A DNA stretch of 64,000 bases from Octopus vulgaris (lineage: Eukaryota): NCBI GenBank assembly GCA_951406725.2, contig OX597825.1, forward strand, positions 52,824,001 to 52,888,000, in the 5' to 3' direction. The position numbers and the translations under genes were made by a program. Shown here piece by piece: positions 12,775 to 26,147 of this stretch. Each line of letters opens with the position of its first letter. The stretch's first letter is position 1. The notes beneath the pieces are model-generated. The model did not search any database. It was not told where the DNA came from and saw nothing but the letters and a program-made list of their open reading frames with translations.

Positions 12775-13185
12775 GTTATTCTTTTATTCTTTAATTTATT
12801 TCAGTCACTTCACTGCAGCTATGCTGGAGCACCACCTTTAGTTGAACAAATCGACCACAGGACTTATTCTTTGTAAGCCTAGTACTTATCTTATCGGTCT
12901 CTTTTGCCAAACCGCTAAGTAACAGGGACATAAACACACCAACATCAGTTGTCAAGCAATGGTGGGGGAACAAACATAGACACACAAACACACAAACACA
13001 CATACACATACGCATACATATTCAACAGCTTCTTTCAGTTTCCATCTGCCTAATCCACTCACAAAGCTTTGGTCGGACTGAGGCTATAGTAGAAGACACT
13101 TGCCCAAGGTGCCATGCAGCAGGACTGAACCTGGAGCCATGTGATTGGTAAGCAAGCTAATTACCAAACACCCATGCCTGCACCT
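12775..13185 (-). mobile_element. SINE family B (tRNA-derived, internal (TG)n)
   Basis: Full-length reverse complement of the 29497-29885 type. Confidence 0.9.
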
Positions 13186-13264
13186 ATGCCACACCTGTGC
13201 CTATGCTGTGCCTGCGCCTTACTAGAAAAAAAACAAAAAGGAATAAATATGTACTTGTAATAGA

Positions 13265-13675
13265 CACAAGTGTGGCTGTGTGGTAAGAAGTTTGCTTCCC
13301 AACCACATAGGTTCTGGGTTCAGTCCCACTGCAAGGAACCTTATGCAAGTGCCTTGTACTACAGCCTTGTTTCCATCTACCAAATCCATTCATAAAAGCC
13401 TTGTGAATGGATTTGGTAGATGGAAACCGAAAGGAGCCCATCGTATATATACATACATCTTTGTGTTTGTCATCCACCACTGCTTGACAACTGGTGATGG
13501 TGTGTTTATGTCTCGATAACTTAGTGTTTTGGCATAAAAGACTGATAGATTAAGTACCAAGCTTTGCAAAAAAATGATAATTACCAGGGTTGATAAATTT
13601 GACTAAATTCCTTTAGGTGCCCCAGCATGGTTGCAGTCTAATGACTGAAACAAGTAAAAGATAAAAAATAAAGAT
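13265..13675 (+). mobile_element. SINE family B, head-to-head with the previous copy
   Basis: gtggctgtgtggtaagaagtttgcttcccaaccacataggttctgggttcagtcccactg...tgactgaaacaagtaaaaga. Confidence 0.88.
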
Positions 13676-14364
13676 AGAATTTTGTAAGACCTAACAGCTA
13701 TCTTTGCTTTATATGTGATATTCCAGGAGAGGGTCAGGAGAAAAAATTAGAAAATTTTAGTTACAGAAAGACATTTAATTTTCCTTCATGTCAGGTCGTG
13801 TAACAGGTCTTCCCACTCATTTTGGGAGCAGTTATCTCAGCTGAAAAAGGAAATAACTCAAGCACAAATTGCTAATAACTAAAGCACAAATTGCTGTAAC
13901 TTTAAAACTGAAAATTCCGCTAAACACAAGCTGACATTGTCAGACCTAACCTACGATTTCACATTTCTACCCTAGTACATGTGTCAAAATGAGAGACATT
14001 GGACACAACACTGACCGATGGCTAGGAGTGACATTAGCGTCACAGTATAGGAGTGTAGTCAAAACAGGCTTAAAAAAATGTGACCAATGATCAGAAGATG
14101 TCAAAATGAATTAGCCAGTAATATTGATATCTGATGGCCTCAGAGGCATACCAGAATTTTGTCTAGTAAATGATATTAAAATGGACACAGAATTTATGAT
14201 ACAGAGTAGAAAGCCTAGTTGTTACATTTGTTGAAGTTAAACATAATTTAGTGTTAAATGCCTTGCCCCACTCCTGCAAAAAGTGATTAGATTAAGTAAA
14301 ACAAGGAAAACAAAAATAACGAGTATCAACAGCAAGAGCAAAGACAAACAAACCACAGAGCACA

Positions 14365-14795
14365 TTATCATCATCATCATCATTTAGTGTCTGTTTTTCC
14401 TGCTGGCATGGTTTAGGCTGGGATCGGTAAGCTGGAAAGCTGCATCAGACTCCAGTCTGTTTTGGCTTGATTTCAATGACTGGATACTCTTCCTAAAGCC
14501 AACCACACTGCAGAGTATAGTGAGTGTCTTTTGTGTGTCACTGGCACAAGTACCTTTAACATGTCACCAGCACAGGTGCCTTTTTTTGCATCATTGGCAC
14601 AGGTGCCTTTCACATGTCACAGGCACTGGCCACAACTAGTATGATTTCATTTAGCTTGATTTGTCTTCTCAAGTACTGAAAATCATCAAAGGTCTCCATC
14701 ACTTATCATTACCTCCATGAGACTCAACTCCCAAAGTTTGTACTTCACCCCCTCATCCCATGTCTTCCTGGATCCTCCTCTTCCACAGGTTCCCT
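14365..14795 (-). mobile_element. Old RTE 3' end
   Basis: (ATC)n tail, degenerate 3' UTR motifs (ctggatactcttcctaaagccaacc) and the RT C-terminus GRPRKTW-like sequence. Confidence 0.75.
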
Positions 14796-15274
14796 GGCAA
14801 TAGCTTTAGGCCTAGCATGACAAGTATATGAGCAAATTCCTTGACCTTTGACATTATCGACTTGTAATACCATATCTTCACCATGAAAGCAGAAAAGATG
14901 ACAGAAAGACTCAACATAAAACAATTATAATGGAAGAGAGGAACAATGAAAGATAATGAAATTCATGCTAACGATTAATTATAAATAAAACGCAGAGGAT
15001 GAATACAAACTAAAGTACTCCAATCGTTGTGTGTATGTGCACTCACATACGTGCATGTAAACACAGTGTGTGTGTGTGTCTTTAAAATTGCTAATACAAC
15101 CTCCCATATACTGTACAATGTCTCTTGCTCTTTCCTTCATTATTTCTAAATGCGTTTCTTCACTTTAAACTCCATGATTTTGTTTATTTGTATTCTATTG
15201 CGAAAGTTTTCTAGTTTTTCTCTCTTCCAGCCCTTGCAGCTGATAGAGAAAATCTTCTTCTGCTAATCACCATG

Positions 15275-15845
15275 AACATTATCATCAGCATCCTCATCAT
15301 CATCTCCTCTCCTCATCCTCCTCGTCTTTATTATCATCGTTTTCACTGCATAATCGCTGTTGTTGTTGTTGTTGTTGTCATCACCGTCGTCCTCCTCCTC
15401 TACATCCTCATCGCTAGCAGCAGTACCACCACTACCACTGCTGCCACTGCCACTGCCGCCAGTGCCACCACTGCTGATGCTGCTGCTGATGCCACAATTG
15501 CTGCGACTGTTGATGCTGCTGTCAACACTACCAGCATCCTCTTTAACATTATAAAAAACAACAGGACAACCACTACAAGCCTCTGTATTACGGTCACCAC
15601 CACCACAGGCAACAACAACAACAACAACAACGAAAATGAGTAGAGCAACAGTAGCACAACCACCAATGCCTCCACTACTATTACTACTTCCATCATCATA
15701 AGCAACAACATCAGGACAAACATCATACCATCACCACTGTCACAATCATCAACAAAAGCAACATCATAATCTTGATTATGATCATCATCATCATTGTCAA
15801 TAACGACAACTACAACAACAACCACAACAACAACAACAACAGGCT
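15275..15845. repeat. Mixed trinucleotide low-complexity tract (CAT/CTG/CAA)
   Basis: Direct reading. Confidence 0.85.
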
Positions 15846-16159
15846 ATCAGCAGTAGAGAGTAAATTAAGGTTATTAATCGTTTAACAATCTGTTTTAATT
15901 GCTTCATTTATAAAGCAGCTCCCATTTTAAAACCTTTTCTTGTTTAGAAATTGATTCTAGTAGCTGTTACTCCCCTCCTCACACACCACCACCATCTGCT
16001 CAACTCCTTTGATGAGGCTATTATATAGGAGTACAAACACAGCAGTTAGCTGAGAGGAAGCTACCACAAGAAAATATCTTTGTCATTAATCACAATAGAT
16101 TACTCAACCAAACCAAGTTAAAAACCAATTCTTTTTTGTGTACGTACATACATACATAA

Positions 16160-16269
<110 letters not shown>

Positions 16270-16306
16270 AAGTATAACTATGTATGTGTATATTTGTATA
16301 TGCATC

Positions 16307-16430
<124 letters not shown>

Positions 16431-16538
16431 AATATAAATATAAATATATAAATTTATATAAGCTTGTCTTAGTGTGTATATATATATATAAATATCTGTA
16501 TACTCATAAATAACAGAGTATATATAATGTGTGTGGTT

Positions 16539-16575
<37 letters not shown>

Positions 16576-16647
16576 CACTCACACACACTCACATACACAT
16601 ATGTCATACATATAATACATATATGTTTATTATGTGTATATACCTTT

Positions 16648-16679
<32 letters not shown>

Positions 16680-17339
16680 CACACACATATATATATGTAT
16701 ATATATATTAATATGTATAGATATGTGCACGTGCATATTTATGTATATATGCATGTATGTACATGTATATGTGTGTGTTGTGTGTGCATGCATATGTGTT
16801 TGTGTGTGTGTTTGTATGTGCATTGTGTACATTTGTGTGAACAGGTTCAGTCAGAACTAAAATGAAATTACTGCTGGTAACTAGTTACCAGGTGAAAAAT
16901 ACATGCATACTTACATTCATACATATATAAAATTAGATACATACATATAGATAAACGTATGTATAAAACCATGTTTATATCTAACTTAATGTGAACATTT
17001 CATTAGAAGACTGAATGCAGATTAAATTACCTTTACCACGACCAACCTTTTGTTTGGACACAGGCTGCATAAAGGCATTCCTATTTATGTTATTGGCAGA
17101 GAAGAATCTTCTGCTCTAGACACCAGAACTGCCAATTCATGTGATTTCAATCTACCTGTTCTCCTCAGTAACAGATGTTTGGTAGCAACATAATAGCTGA
17201 TTCTCACATAGAATTTCAGTATCATTGTGGGCATTGATGTCACAAATAGCTAGCAGATTTGTTAATAAATAAATAGTGAGAGAAGCAATAAGGCAGCATG
17301 TGTTCATGTGAGAGGTCATCTCAAGGTAAATAGTCCAGT

Positions 17340-17545
17340 CTCCAATGTCCTAATAAAACATCTACATTAAGAAAGTGACAAGGCTGGTCATTTGAAATAC
17401 AGGTGCTACTCATTTTTTGCAGCTGAGTGGTCTAGAGCAATGGAAATAAAGTGTCATGATCAAAGTTACAGTATGCCACCAGGTACTGAACCCACAACCT
17501 CATGATCTTGAGCCAAATGCCCTAACCACTTAGCTATGTACCTTT
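17340..17545 (-). mobile_element. tRNA-derived SINE family C (decayed)
   Basis: Minus-strand head agctaagtggttagggcatttggctcaagatcatgaggttgtgggttcagtacc, then a core with tgatcatgacactttatttcc. Confidence 0.65.
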
Positions 17546-18024
17546 ACAACAACAAATCCTTACTCGAATAAGTATGATACCAGAAAACCTGACTGAAAAT
17601 GTTTTCACAGATTCTAACAAGTGGTGATATTTATTTAGGCAAATTGGCTGAAACATAACCAAAAATAAGTTTGCAAATAATAATAAGAATGAACTTATTG
17701 CATACAGGACTCATGTACGCAATAACTCATTGCAAAAGGTTAAAAGAAGGAAGAGAATACAGACATATAAGTCAAACAAAAGAAAACAGCAATGAAAGCT
17801 AGAAGTACATGAACACCACACTGAAAATACAAAAAAGCCTGAAAAGAGAACCACGAGGAGTGCATGATCATGTCAGAAAGAAGGCTGGTAAGTTTAGGGA
17901 GACACGGAACTTTTAAAGGATGCAGTGTTGTGACAGTTAACAACTGAATTAAGGAGCTTTTAGATTATCTATTTATCTGTTTGTGTGTGTGTGTATATGC
18001 GTATGTGTCTGTAAAAAATAGGTA

Positions 18025-18815
18025 TGTGAAGGTAAGCTGAAAAGTACATCACCTGACTATGAAAGAATGACACTAGAGCTGTGAAATCTTACATGCATTA
18101 ATTTCATTTTTCCTTATTAATAACTGCGTTGTTTCTTTCCAGGTGAGCTGACACTTGACAGTTGAATGGAGACTTCATATGTAACATTTCATAACCCAGG
18201 ATGAGTGTTAGCTTCATCAATTTGAGCCAAAGACAGAGAGACAATTCATGCAGTAGAAACAACATTGAATGCCTGCTCCAAAGAAGGTCAAGGTTGGTTC
18301 ATCTGCTGGAAGGGTGATTGCCTCAGTTTTTTGGGATGTAAAAGGCATTGTGTTTATTGATTATCTTCAAAAGGGCCATACCATGAATGGAGAGTACTGT
18401 GCTAACTTGTTGAGGCAGTTACGAAAGGCTATCAAGACCAATTAGCCAGGGGTCATGTTTCATGAGGATAGTGTTCCAGCATACATGTCCTTGGTTTCAA
18501 TGGCTGCTGTACATGACTGTGGCTTTGAACTGATTGATCACTCTCCTTATTCTTCTGATTTGGCCCTATTGTCTGTTCTATAACATGAGAAAACACTTGA
18601 TTGGGAACCAGTATTGCAGTGATGATGACATCATATCTGCAGTTGACTTTTTTGAGCAACAAGATGAAAGCATCTTCTTCTATGGGATCCAAGCACTGCA
18701 ACACTGATGGAAGATGTATGTAGACTGCAAGGGGGAGTGTAATGGAAAATAAGCATTATTTAGTCATAATCCATTAGAATATCTTGGTCAGTCTATGAGC
18801 ATTTCAGTTGACCCA
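18025..18815 (+). mobile_element. Internally deleted mariner element
   Basis: Degenerate TIRs (gaaggtaagctgaaaagtacatcacctgac / gtcagtctatgagcatttcagttgaccc); peptides FITQDEC, SAGRVIASVFWDVKGIVFIDYLQKG, PYSSDLA. Confidence 0.85.
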
Positions 18816-18904
18816 GACAGACAGAGAGACTGATAGTTTGAAAGATAGTTAAACAGACAGACACACAGACAGCTACATAAATAAACATATCAACTGACAG
18901 GGAG

Positions 18905-19375
18905 ACATCTATTCTGTAGTTACATAGGTTTTGTGAGAAGGTGCTAAGTCTTGTTGAAATATGTATGGCTTTCTGCTGTGTATTTTATCCATCCAAAGCT
19001 TAACAAATGTTCCTTGCATGTCAGTATATCCAGCAGCCATAATTCTAAGACCTTGTGACAAGATACAAGGTAACATAATATGTCTTTCATTACTTACTAC
19101 TTCTAAAGCCATCACAGTTGCTGGAAACTTTGTATGCATCTACCTATAGACATCAGACGAACCTTCATATAACCATATGTAATTTGTTTTGTTAAATTTA
19201 GTCAGGATTGAAGTTTTCGCCATTAGAAAAGTACCAAAGTATGTCATATTGAGTGTTTTCAACCTTGTTACATAACCTCTTTACATGGATCAAACAGTTT
19301 TCCTGTGTCATGGCAGTAATGAATTGTTTTCATTTAAGTGCATAGGACTTGAGTTGAATATCCTAATGTTCCATG
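18905..19375 (-). mobile_element. maT-like Tc1/mariner transposase fragment
   Basis: HTKFPATVMAL...YIFQQDLAPSHK; similar to the DD37D element at 20.5 kb. Confidence 0.8.
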
Positions 19376-19587
19376 GTTCTAATAGATAAAGATCTTTGGC
19401 AATTTATAAATTGATATTTTCCACACAGATGGCAGTATTTCTTGTATTAGCATTTTATCTCCCATGTTGGTGCTGGCATTAAAAAGAGCATCCAACCATA
19501 AAAATCTTACCAAAGAAGACAGCAGAACTATCAAATCCAGCATGGAAAATGGACAACTGATGATGGGTAGGTGTGTGTATGTATATA

Positions 19588-19790
19588 TCATCATCATCAT
19601 CATCATCGTTTAACGTCCGTTCTCCATGCTAGCATGGGTTGGACGGTTCGACCGGGGATCTGGAAAGCCAGAAGGCTGCACCAGGCTCCAGTCTTATCTG
19701 GCAGTGTTTCTACAGCTGGATGCCCTTCCTAACGCCAACCACTCCGTGAGTGTAGTGGGTGCTTTTTACGTGCCACCTGCACAGGTGCAC

Positions 19791-19792
<2 letters not shown>
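19588..19792 (-). mobile_element. Short RTE 3' end insertion
   Basis: (ATC)n tail plus 3' UTR nearly identical to 5895-6075; flanked by gtatatat on both sides. Confidence 0.92.
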
Positions 19793-19844
<52 letters not shown>

Positions 19845-19860
19845 GTGTGTGTATATATAT

Positions 19861-19893
<33 letters not shown>

Positions 19894-19943
19894 TATATAT
19901 TTTATATAAATATGTGTATATATATATGTATATATATGTGTAT

Positions 19944-19994
<51 letters not shown>

Positions 19995-20494
19995 CCCAGC
20001 CTCCTTTATAGACAGTTATTTTTTTACCCAATTTACTACTCCTTATATATTGACAATATTTACAACCATACTTAGCCATGAGCTGTCAACTCACTCCTGC
20101 CCTTCATTCCAGACAGACACAGTCCTCTAGTCTTAGATTTAGTAGTTGATAAAAAGTGTAGTCTATTCTTAGCTGCAATAATGTCAACATGGATTTTTTC
20201 CCTATTCTAGCTCTGTTAAAGTATTTGAGAAAAATTATATAAATGCGTCCAACTGATTAAAATTCTATTTATTTGTGCAGCTGATGATTGCCTTGCATTT
20301 AAATTGATGTAATGATTACATTGTTCAATTAAATGGAGCTGCTTGAAACAGTCGTACTGCATCACTTCTTGATATCCTGTTGCTTATTTTGATTTTATTC
20401 ACCTTACTTCGAGCTGTGAAGATAATACTGGACTGACTTGGTGCTTCAACTTAAGTATCTAATTCAACTGAATCTCACTTATTTCTATATATAT

Positions 20495-21362
20495 AAAAGG
20501 TGTGATGGGTAAATTGTCACCATTTTATAATTTTATGCATGTGTATTGTTTGTTTTTGATTTTGTCAACTACACAGTATAGTAGGGTCAGTTGGGCATTG
20601 TCTGTGAGAAAAACAGCACCATAACTCAATTCCCTCTCCCAGAAATTTGGAAATGACATGCTGTACTTCTTGGCATTCATGCTAGAAGCTCCAGTACCAA
20701 AATTTCAGAGTGGTTGGGTGTTAATCTGAGGACAGTGCAATCTGAAGACATGTACTGAGAGTGATAAAAATCAACCATCCAGTCAACATGATGGTGTTTG
20801 GAGTGATTACTAGTGATGGCGACGTTATGCCTCCATTCATCTTCCCATGCGGCCTCAGACTCAACATGAAGGCCTACAACAAGTGACTCGAGGAAGTAGT
20901 GCTACTCTGTGTGAAGAAGGTGACTGCTGGAAGTCCCTATGTCTGGCAGCATGACTCTGCACCATACCAAACAGGCAGGAGAACCCAGTCGTGGTTTTCA
21001 GACAATTTCTGCGACCACATCACCCCTAATATCTGGCCACCTAACTCTCCAAACTGCAACACCCTTGATATGTGAGTCACAGTTGAGCAAGAGGCCAACA
21101 AAACTTCTTGTAACACCAAAGATGAACTGAAGGCAAGGATTATGGCAGCATTCACCCGCTTAAGCAACAAGACAGTCCAGAAAAGTTGCAGGAGTTTCCA
21201 AAGTCATCTGGTTGAAGCCAATGGTGATTTTATTGAATAAATTTGCTCTAGTATTTGGAGATAATTTTATGTAATTTTGGTAAATATGTCCGTTAAAATG
21301 AGATATCAGTGATATTTTCATTTTTGTGTACTTTAGACGACACTTTATTCACTGCACCCTGT
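20495..21362 (+). mobile_element. Internally deleted maT (DD37D) transposon
   Basis: From 20941: VWQHD-SAPYQTGRRTQSWFSDNFCDHITPNIWPPNSPNCNTL-D, i.e. 37 residues between the second and third D. Degenerate TIRs; right end caccctg|ta. Confidence 0.85.
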
Positions 21363-21469
21363 ATACGAATGTGTGCATGTATGTATGTATGTATGTATGT
21401 ATGTATGTATAATATATGTATAATATATATATGTATGGAAAGATAAATAGATAGATAGATCGATCGATC

Positions 21470-21507
<38 letters not shown>

Positions 21508-21530
21508 CAGATATTTCATATGTATATATA

Positions 21531-21753
21531 CAGAGTGGGCAAAAGGTCATGCAACAAAAAAATTTCAATACATGTTGAAATTATCAAAGATATGATTAAA
21601 TTTTTCTAAAATTGAATAAAATAAATAAAATGATGAATGCACACATACTTGTACATGATGAACAAAATTAATAATAACAGCAATAACTAACATAAATAAG
21701 ATGCCAAACGTTCTGTAAATGCCAAGGTCTGTAACTTTTGGCCCTTCTTGTTG
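21531..21753. mobile_element. Possible Tc1-derived MITE
   Basis: Imperfect TIRs cagagtgggcaaaaggtca / gtaacttttggcccttcttg, TA-flanked. Confidence 0.4.
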
Positions 21754-22589
21754 TATATAGGTTTGCATGCACATATGTATATCTATATCTAAATATTATG
21801 TATATATTCATATATACGTTATATTTAAGCAAATCAATAACAAAAGAAGAGTTCAACAACAGAAATAACAAAAGTCCAAGGGACATTCACAATATTATTA
21901 CTTTGACAGTTAAAGAAAAAAAGCAATGAAGTAAATGTTATGTGCAAAAGTATGATGTTTCAGGCATAACCCTTCACTGGATATACAGAAAAATTCTAGA
22001 GAAGAGAAAGAAGGAAGAAAAAAGAGATAGGAAAAGAACAAATAGATGAGTAATTAAAAGTTTGATATGCACACATATATGTATATAATAGATATGTCAA
22101 TATATATATATTTAATTATATCAAGGGAGCTAGGGTGAAAATGATCTGTCTCCAACATGCTTGAAATGCTGGTACCTTAAAAAAAACTACCAAAGACTCC
22201 AGCTAAAAATACACATGGCTGAAAACATGCTAGAGAAAGAAAATTAAAAAGGCCGCACATTACTTGTGAATTGGTCCTGTTTCTGGATTAAAGCAAAAAA
22301 TAAGCTTGCTTCCTTTGTCAACACAATTCACGGTGGGTGGGGAATATATCTAAATATTTTATTAGAAATTTTTTCCTTAGCTACAATATTTTAAGTAAAA
22401 ATCTTCTTGTTCTGTACTTTACCAGATGTAATAACTTGCCCTGAACTTTCCCAAGTGTAATAACTTGTACTGTACTTTTCCAGGTTTATAGTCTTAAGAA
22501 TATTATTGCTCTTGCTCCCATTTTTGCATGTAATGTATGTATGCATGTAATAGGGTCTTGCTATGGAAAATACTTAGCAAACTTGTAAG

Positions 22590-23610
22590 TATTGATATTC
22601 TGGCGACCTCTTTAATCTTCACCAATTTTCTACCAATTTAAAAGTTTTCCAGTCTCTTATTTGTGACCTCCTTTATGCAGATGACTGTGACTTAGTCACT
22701 CATAGAATGGATGACATGCAGATACTTATGAATCATATTTCTGCTTCTTGCAAGGCATTTGGACTCAGCATTAGCCTGGACAAGACTGTTGTGTTGTTCC
22801 AGCCTGCACCAGGAAATCCACGCATGGAAACAGATATCTTGGTTGAAGGAACAATGCTGAAAGTGGTAGACAAGTTTGTCTACCTGGGCTACATCAGCTG
22901 TTCTTGTTCCTTGGATGATGAAATATCTTTCAGGCTGTAGAAAGCAACTGATTCCTACCAGTCTCTTGAGTCTCATGCCTGGTCCCAGCATGGCATCACA
23001 AGGCAAACAAAAATTGCTGTGTACCATGCATGTGTACTGACATTGCTCCCTTACTCATATGAGACATGGACCATTTACAAGCGTTATGTGATGGTCCTTG
23101 AACACTTCCATCAAAGATGTCTGAGGTGCATTCTGAATGTCAGCTGGACTTTAAAAATCCTGACACACATGTCTTGAAGAAAGCTGATATCTGGCATATT
23201 GAGGCGATGATGCACAAGCACTAGTTACATTGGACTGGACACTATTAGAATGAAGGTTAGCAGAATCCCTAAACAGATGCTATATGGGAAACTTGTTAGT
23301 GGAAAGTGACCCCAGCAGAAACCAAGGCTGTGATTTAAGGACTGTGTCAAGTCCTCATGAAAGGCCTGCAGGAGACAGAGCAGAAGAGCAATGCCAGTCA
23401 TCATCACAGATGGAGGAAGCAGATTAAGGAGTGGGTTGACACCTTTGTTAAAGCACGTATTCTTCATGAAGAATATAAGTGTGCTGCTCAGAAGCACACT
23501 GCTAGCCTAGTGAATGGGTAACGCTTGGTTTGCAATATCTACAATCGTGCATACTTTTCAAGAGAAGGGCTCTATAGTCACCAATGGAGCCGCAATTGCA
23601 AAATATAAGT
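22590..23610 (+). mobile_element. Decayed RTE (BovB-like) 3' fragment
   Basis: LLYADDCDL, FGLSISLDKT, KFVYLG, ETWTIYKR, HQRCLRCILNVSW, RIPKQMLYGKL and a C-terminal C2H2 remnant (CNIY...GLYSHQ); many stops. Confidence 0.88.
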
Positions 23611-24004
23611 TAGTCTAAGAGCACACAATGTTCCTAAAAGTCAGCAATGGTCTTCCTTGGTCATGAGTAGATGACCATCATGTATGCGTGTACATACATA
23701 TGTCCCGGTCGATGCCCGCAGCAAGTTCTTAAAAATTTATCTTACTATTTATAATTTTCCATACATAGCGCGACATACATTCATTCGTTGTTACTACGTT
23801 TATTCATACATTGATAACTTGATTCGTCTTACCCATCTCTCTCACTACGAAAATTTAACCTTTTAGGCTACTTTCAAGCCTTCGCCATAACTTGATTTAT
23901 CTTTCCTATCTCTCTCTGTACGAAATTTAACCTTAGGCTACCTCAAGCCGTAATCCCATCTTTCCCCATCTTTCCGCCATCGGCGGTGCGCCCGCCCCCC
24001 ACTC

Positions 24005-24155
24005 CCACCACCAATACCGATGAACACTGTTCTCACCCCCACCACCAATACCGATGAACACTGTTCTCACCCCCACCACCAATACCGGTGAACACTGTTC
24101 TCACCGCCACCACCAATACCGGTGAACACTGTTCTCACCCCCACCACCAATACCA
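24005..24155. repeat. 34-bp tandem repeat (~4.4 units) in the LINE 5' UTR
   Basis: ccaccaccaataccg(a/g)tgaacactgttctcaccc repeated. Confidence 0.92.
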
Positions 24156-24618
24156 GTATACCCTGTTCTCACCATCTACACCGGATACGCCCTACTCCCT
24201 CCTCCTCCCCCCACTACCCCTTCTCCTCATATGCTTTCACTGTGAAAAGACAAGCTGCTAGCGCCATAGCTCATCAACTGCCCACCGATCTTACGCTTCC
24301 TCCTGACACTGCCTCAATCCGACCATCCCCTTTTAGTACCCTCCCGCATCGTAATATCCTACGTTTTTATTTCTTACGAACCTACACCAACCCTTCCTGC
24401 CATCGTTCCTCCTTACCCCAACCTTCCCCACTGGTTGCTCCCCTATATTACCCGCACCCTCTACTATCTCTCCCTCTCTTTCACTGGTGAAACCTTTCTC
24501 AACTGGACCCCCCTCCCCAACTCAACTCTAGAATATCTGTATTTCTTTCCTCTACCTAATTACGTTACTCAGTGACGATAACGAATGTCCACTGCTAACA
24601 CCAGCTCCTGCCCACGGC

Positions 24619-26130
24619 GTGGTCAGGTTGGAAGAGAGATCAAAAGAAAAATACCACGAAAACTATCACCACCACAACAACCCTCCTCTTCTCAGGCGCC
24701 GAATCCCCCCGTCCCCCCACATCTCCTTCCCAGTTTTCAGAGTTGGCACTATCAATGTTGGTACATTGACAGGCAAGTCTAGTGAGATTGTAGAGATGCT
24801 AGAGAGAAGACAGGTTGATGTATGCTGCATACAAGAGGTAAGATGGAGAGATGCTTCGGCTAGGGTCCTCACGGGCAAGGCACTTAGGTACAAACTCTAC
24901 TGGCAAGGTAATGCGGAAGGTGTAGGGGGTGTAGGCATTCTCCTTGCGGAGGAATGGGTGGATAAGGTCATAGAGGTTGTCAGGGTTTGTGATAGAGTGC
25001 TTAAGCTCAGGTTGGTCCTACAGAGTGACACAGCTATGATTATCTCAGCCTATGCCCCACAAGCGGGACTACCAAATGATCAGAAGGACAACTTTTATGA
25101 TACCCTTCTGCAGGCTACTTCAAAGACTAGTAACAAGGACCTCATCTTTGTAGGTGGAGATTTTAATGGGCATGTTGGGCGGGAATCGGGTATCTTCACT
25201 GGGGTATATGGTGGCTATGGTATTGGCACCAGAAATGATGAGGGAACTAGACTGCTGGAATTCTGTGATGCATGTAACCTTTCAATCTGCAACACTAACT
25301 TCAAGAAGCCAGTCTGCCACCTTATAACTTATCAGTCAGGAGACTCCGCTAGCCAAATAGACTTCATCCTCACCAGACAACGGGATGCAGGGTTGCTCTT
25401 GAATACAAAGACCCTCCCGGGTGAAGAATGTATCCCTCAGCATAGACTAATCATCAGTGACTTTAAGCTTGAGGCCAGAAGGACTCCAAGAAACAAACCA
25501 ATCCAGAAAAGAAGGATTTGGAGGCTAAAGAACCCTTCGCATGGTCAGAAATTTAGGGACATACTCATCAAGAAATTTGATGAGAGGGAGGAGGAGCTTC
25601 AGACGTCAGACATAGAAGGTAGCTGGGAATTCCTACGGGACAGCTTGCTGAGTGCCACAGACCAAGTCTGTGGATGGTGCAAAGTCCCTTCCAGACCTAG
25701 AATTACGTGGTGGTGGAATAGTGCAGTAGATAAAGCCATCTGTGAAAAGAGACGGGCCTGGAAAGCCTGGAAGGATGGGGGCAGCAGGGAACTGTACCAG
25801 ATAGCCAAAAGGGAGGCTGGGCGGCAGGTATACATTGCCAAAGATATAGCAGAAAAGAAGAAGTTTTCCAATGTCCAGCGTCGCGAGGATCAAAGAGCTG
25901 AAGTATTTCGGATTGCCAGACAGTGTGTCAGAAAAAATAGCGATGTTATAGGAGAGAAATGTGTCCGCATGGATGATGGGGCACTTGCTTTTACTACTAG
26001 TGAAAAGAAAGAGGCTTGGAGAAGCCATTATGAAAGACTGCTGAATGAGGAGAATGAATGGGAGGAGGAGAGCCTGCCAAATGTTGACCCAGTAGAGGGA
26101 CCAGCTACCCGAATAGACAGCTCCTTGTAG
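24619..26130 (+). CDS. RTE LINE ORF, N-terminal part: AP-like endonuclease plus linker
   Basis: GTINVGTL, CIQEVRW, SAYAPQ, GGDFNGHVG, SQIDFIL, PQHRL, TWWWN. Ends at an apparent 1-bp deletion near 26127. Confidence 0.92.
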   Translation: MVRLEERSKEKYHENYHHHNNPPLLRRRIPPSPHISFPVFRVGTINVGTLTGKSSEIVEMLERRQVDVCCIQEVRWRDASARVLTGKALRYKLYWQGNAEGVGGVGILLAEEWVDKVIEVVRVCDRVLKLRLVLQSDTAMIISAYAPQAGLPNDQKDNFYDTLLQATSKTSNKDLIFVGGDFNGHVGRESGIFTGVYGGYGIGTRNDEGTRLLEFCDACNLSICNTNFKKPVCHLITYQSGDSASQIDFILTRQRDAGLLLNTKTLPGEECIPQHRLIISDFKLEARRTPRNKPIQKRRIWRLKNPSHGQKFRDILIKKFDEREEELQTSDIEGSWEFLRDSLLSATDQVCGWCKVPSRPRITWWWNSAVDKAICEKRRAWKAWKDGGSRELYQIAKREAGRQVYIAKDIAEKKKFSNVQRREDQRAEVFRIARQCVRKNSDVIGEKCVRMDDGALAFTTSEKKEAWRSHYERLLNEENEWEEESLPNVDPVEGPATRIDSSL

Positions 26131-26147
26131 ATAAGGCAATTAAGGAT

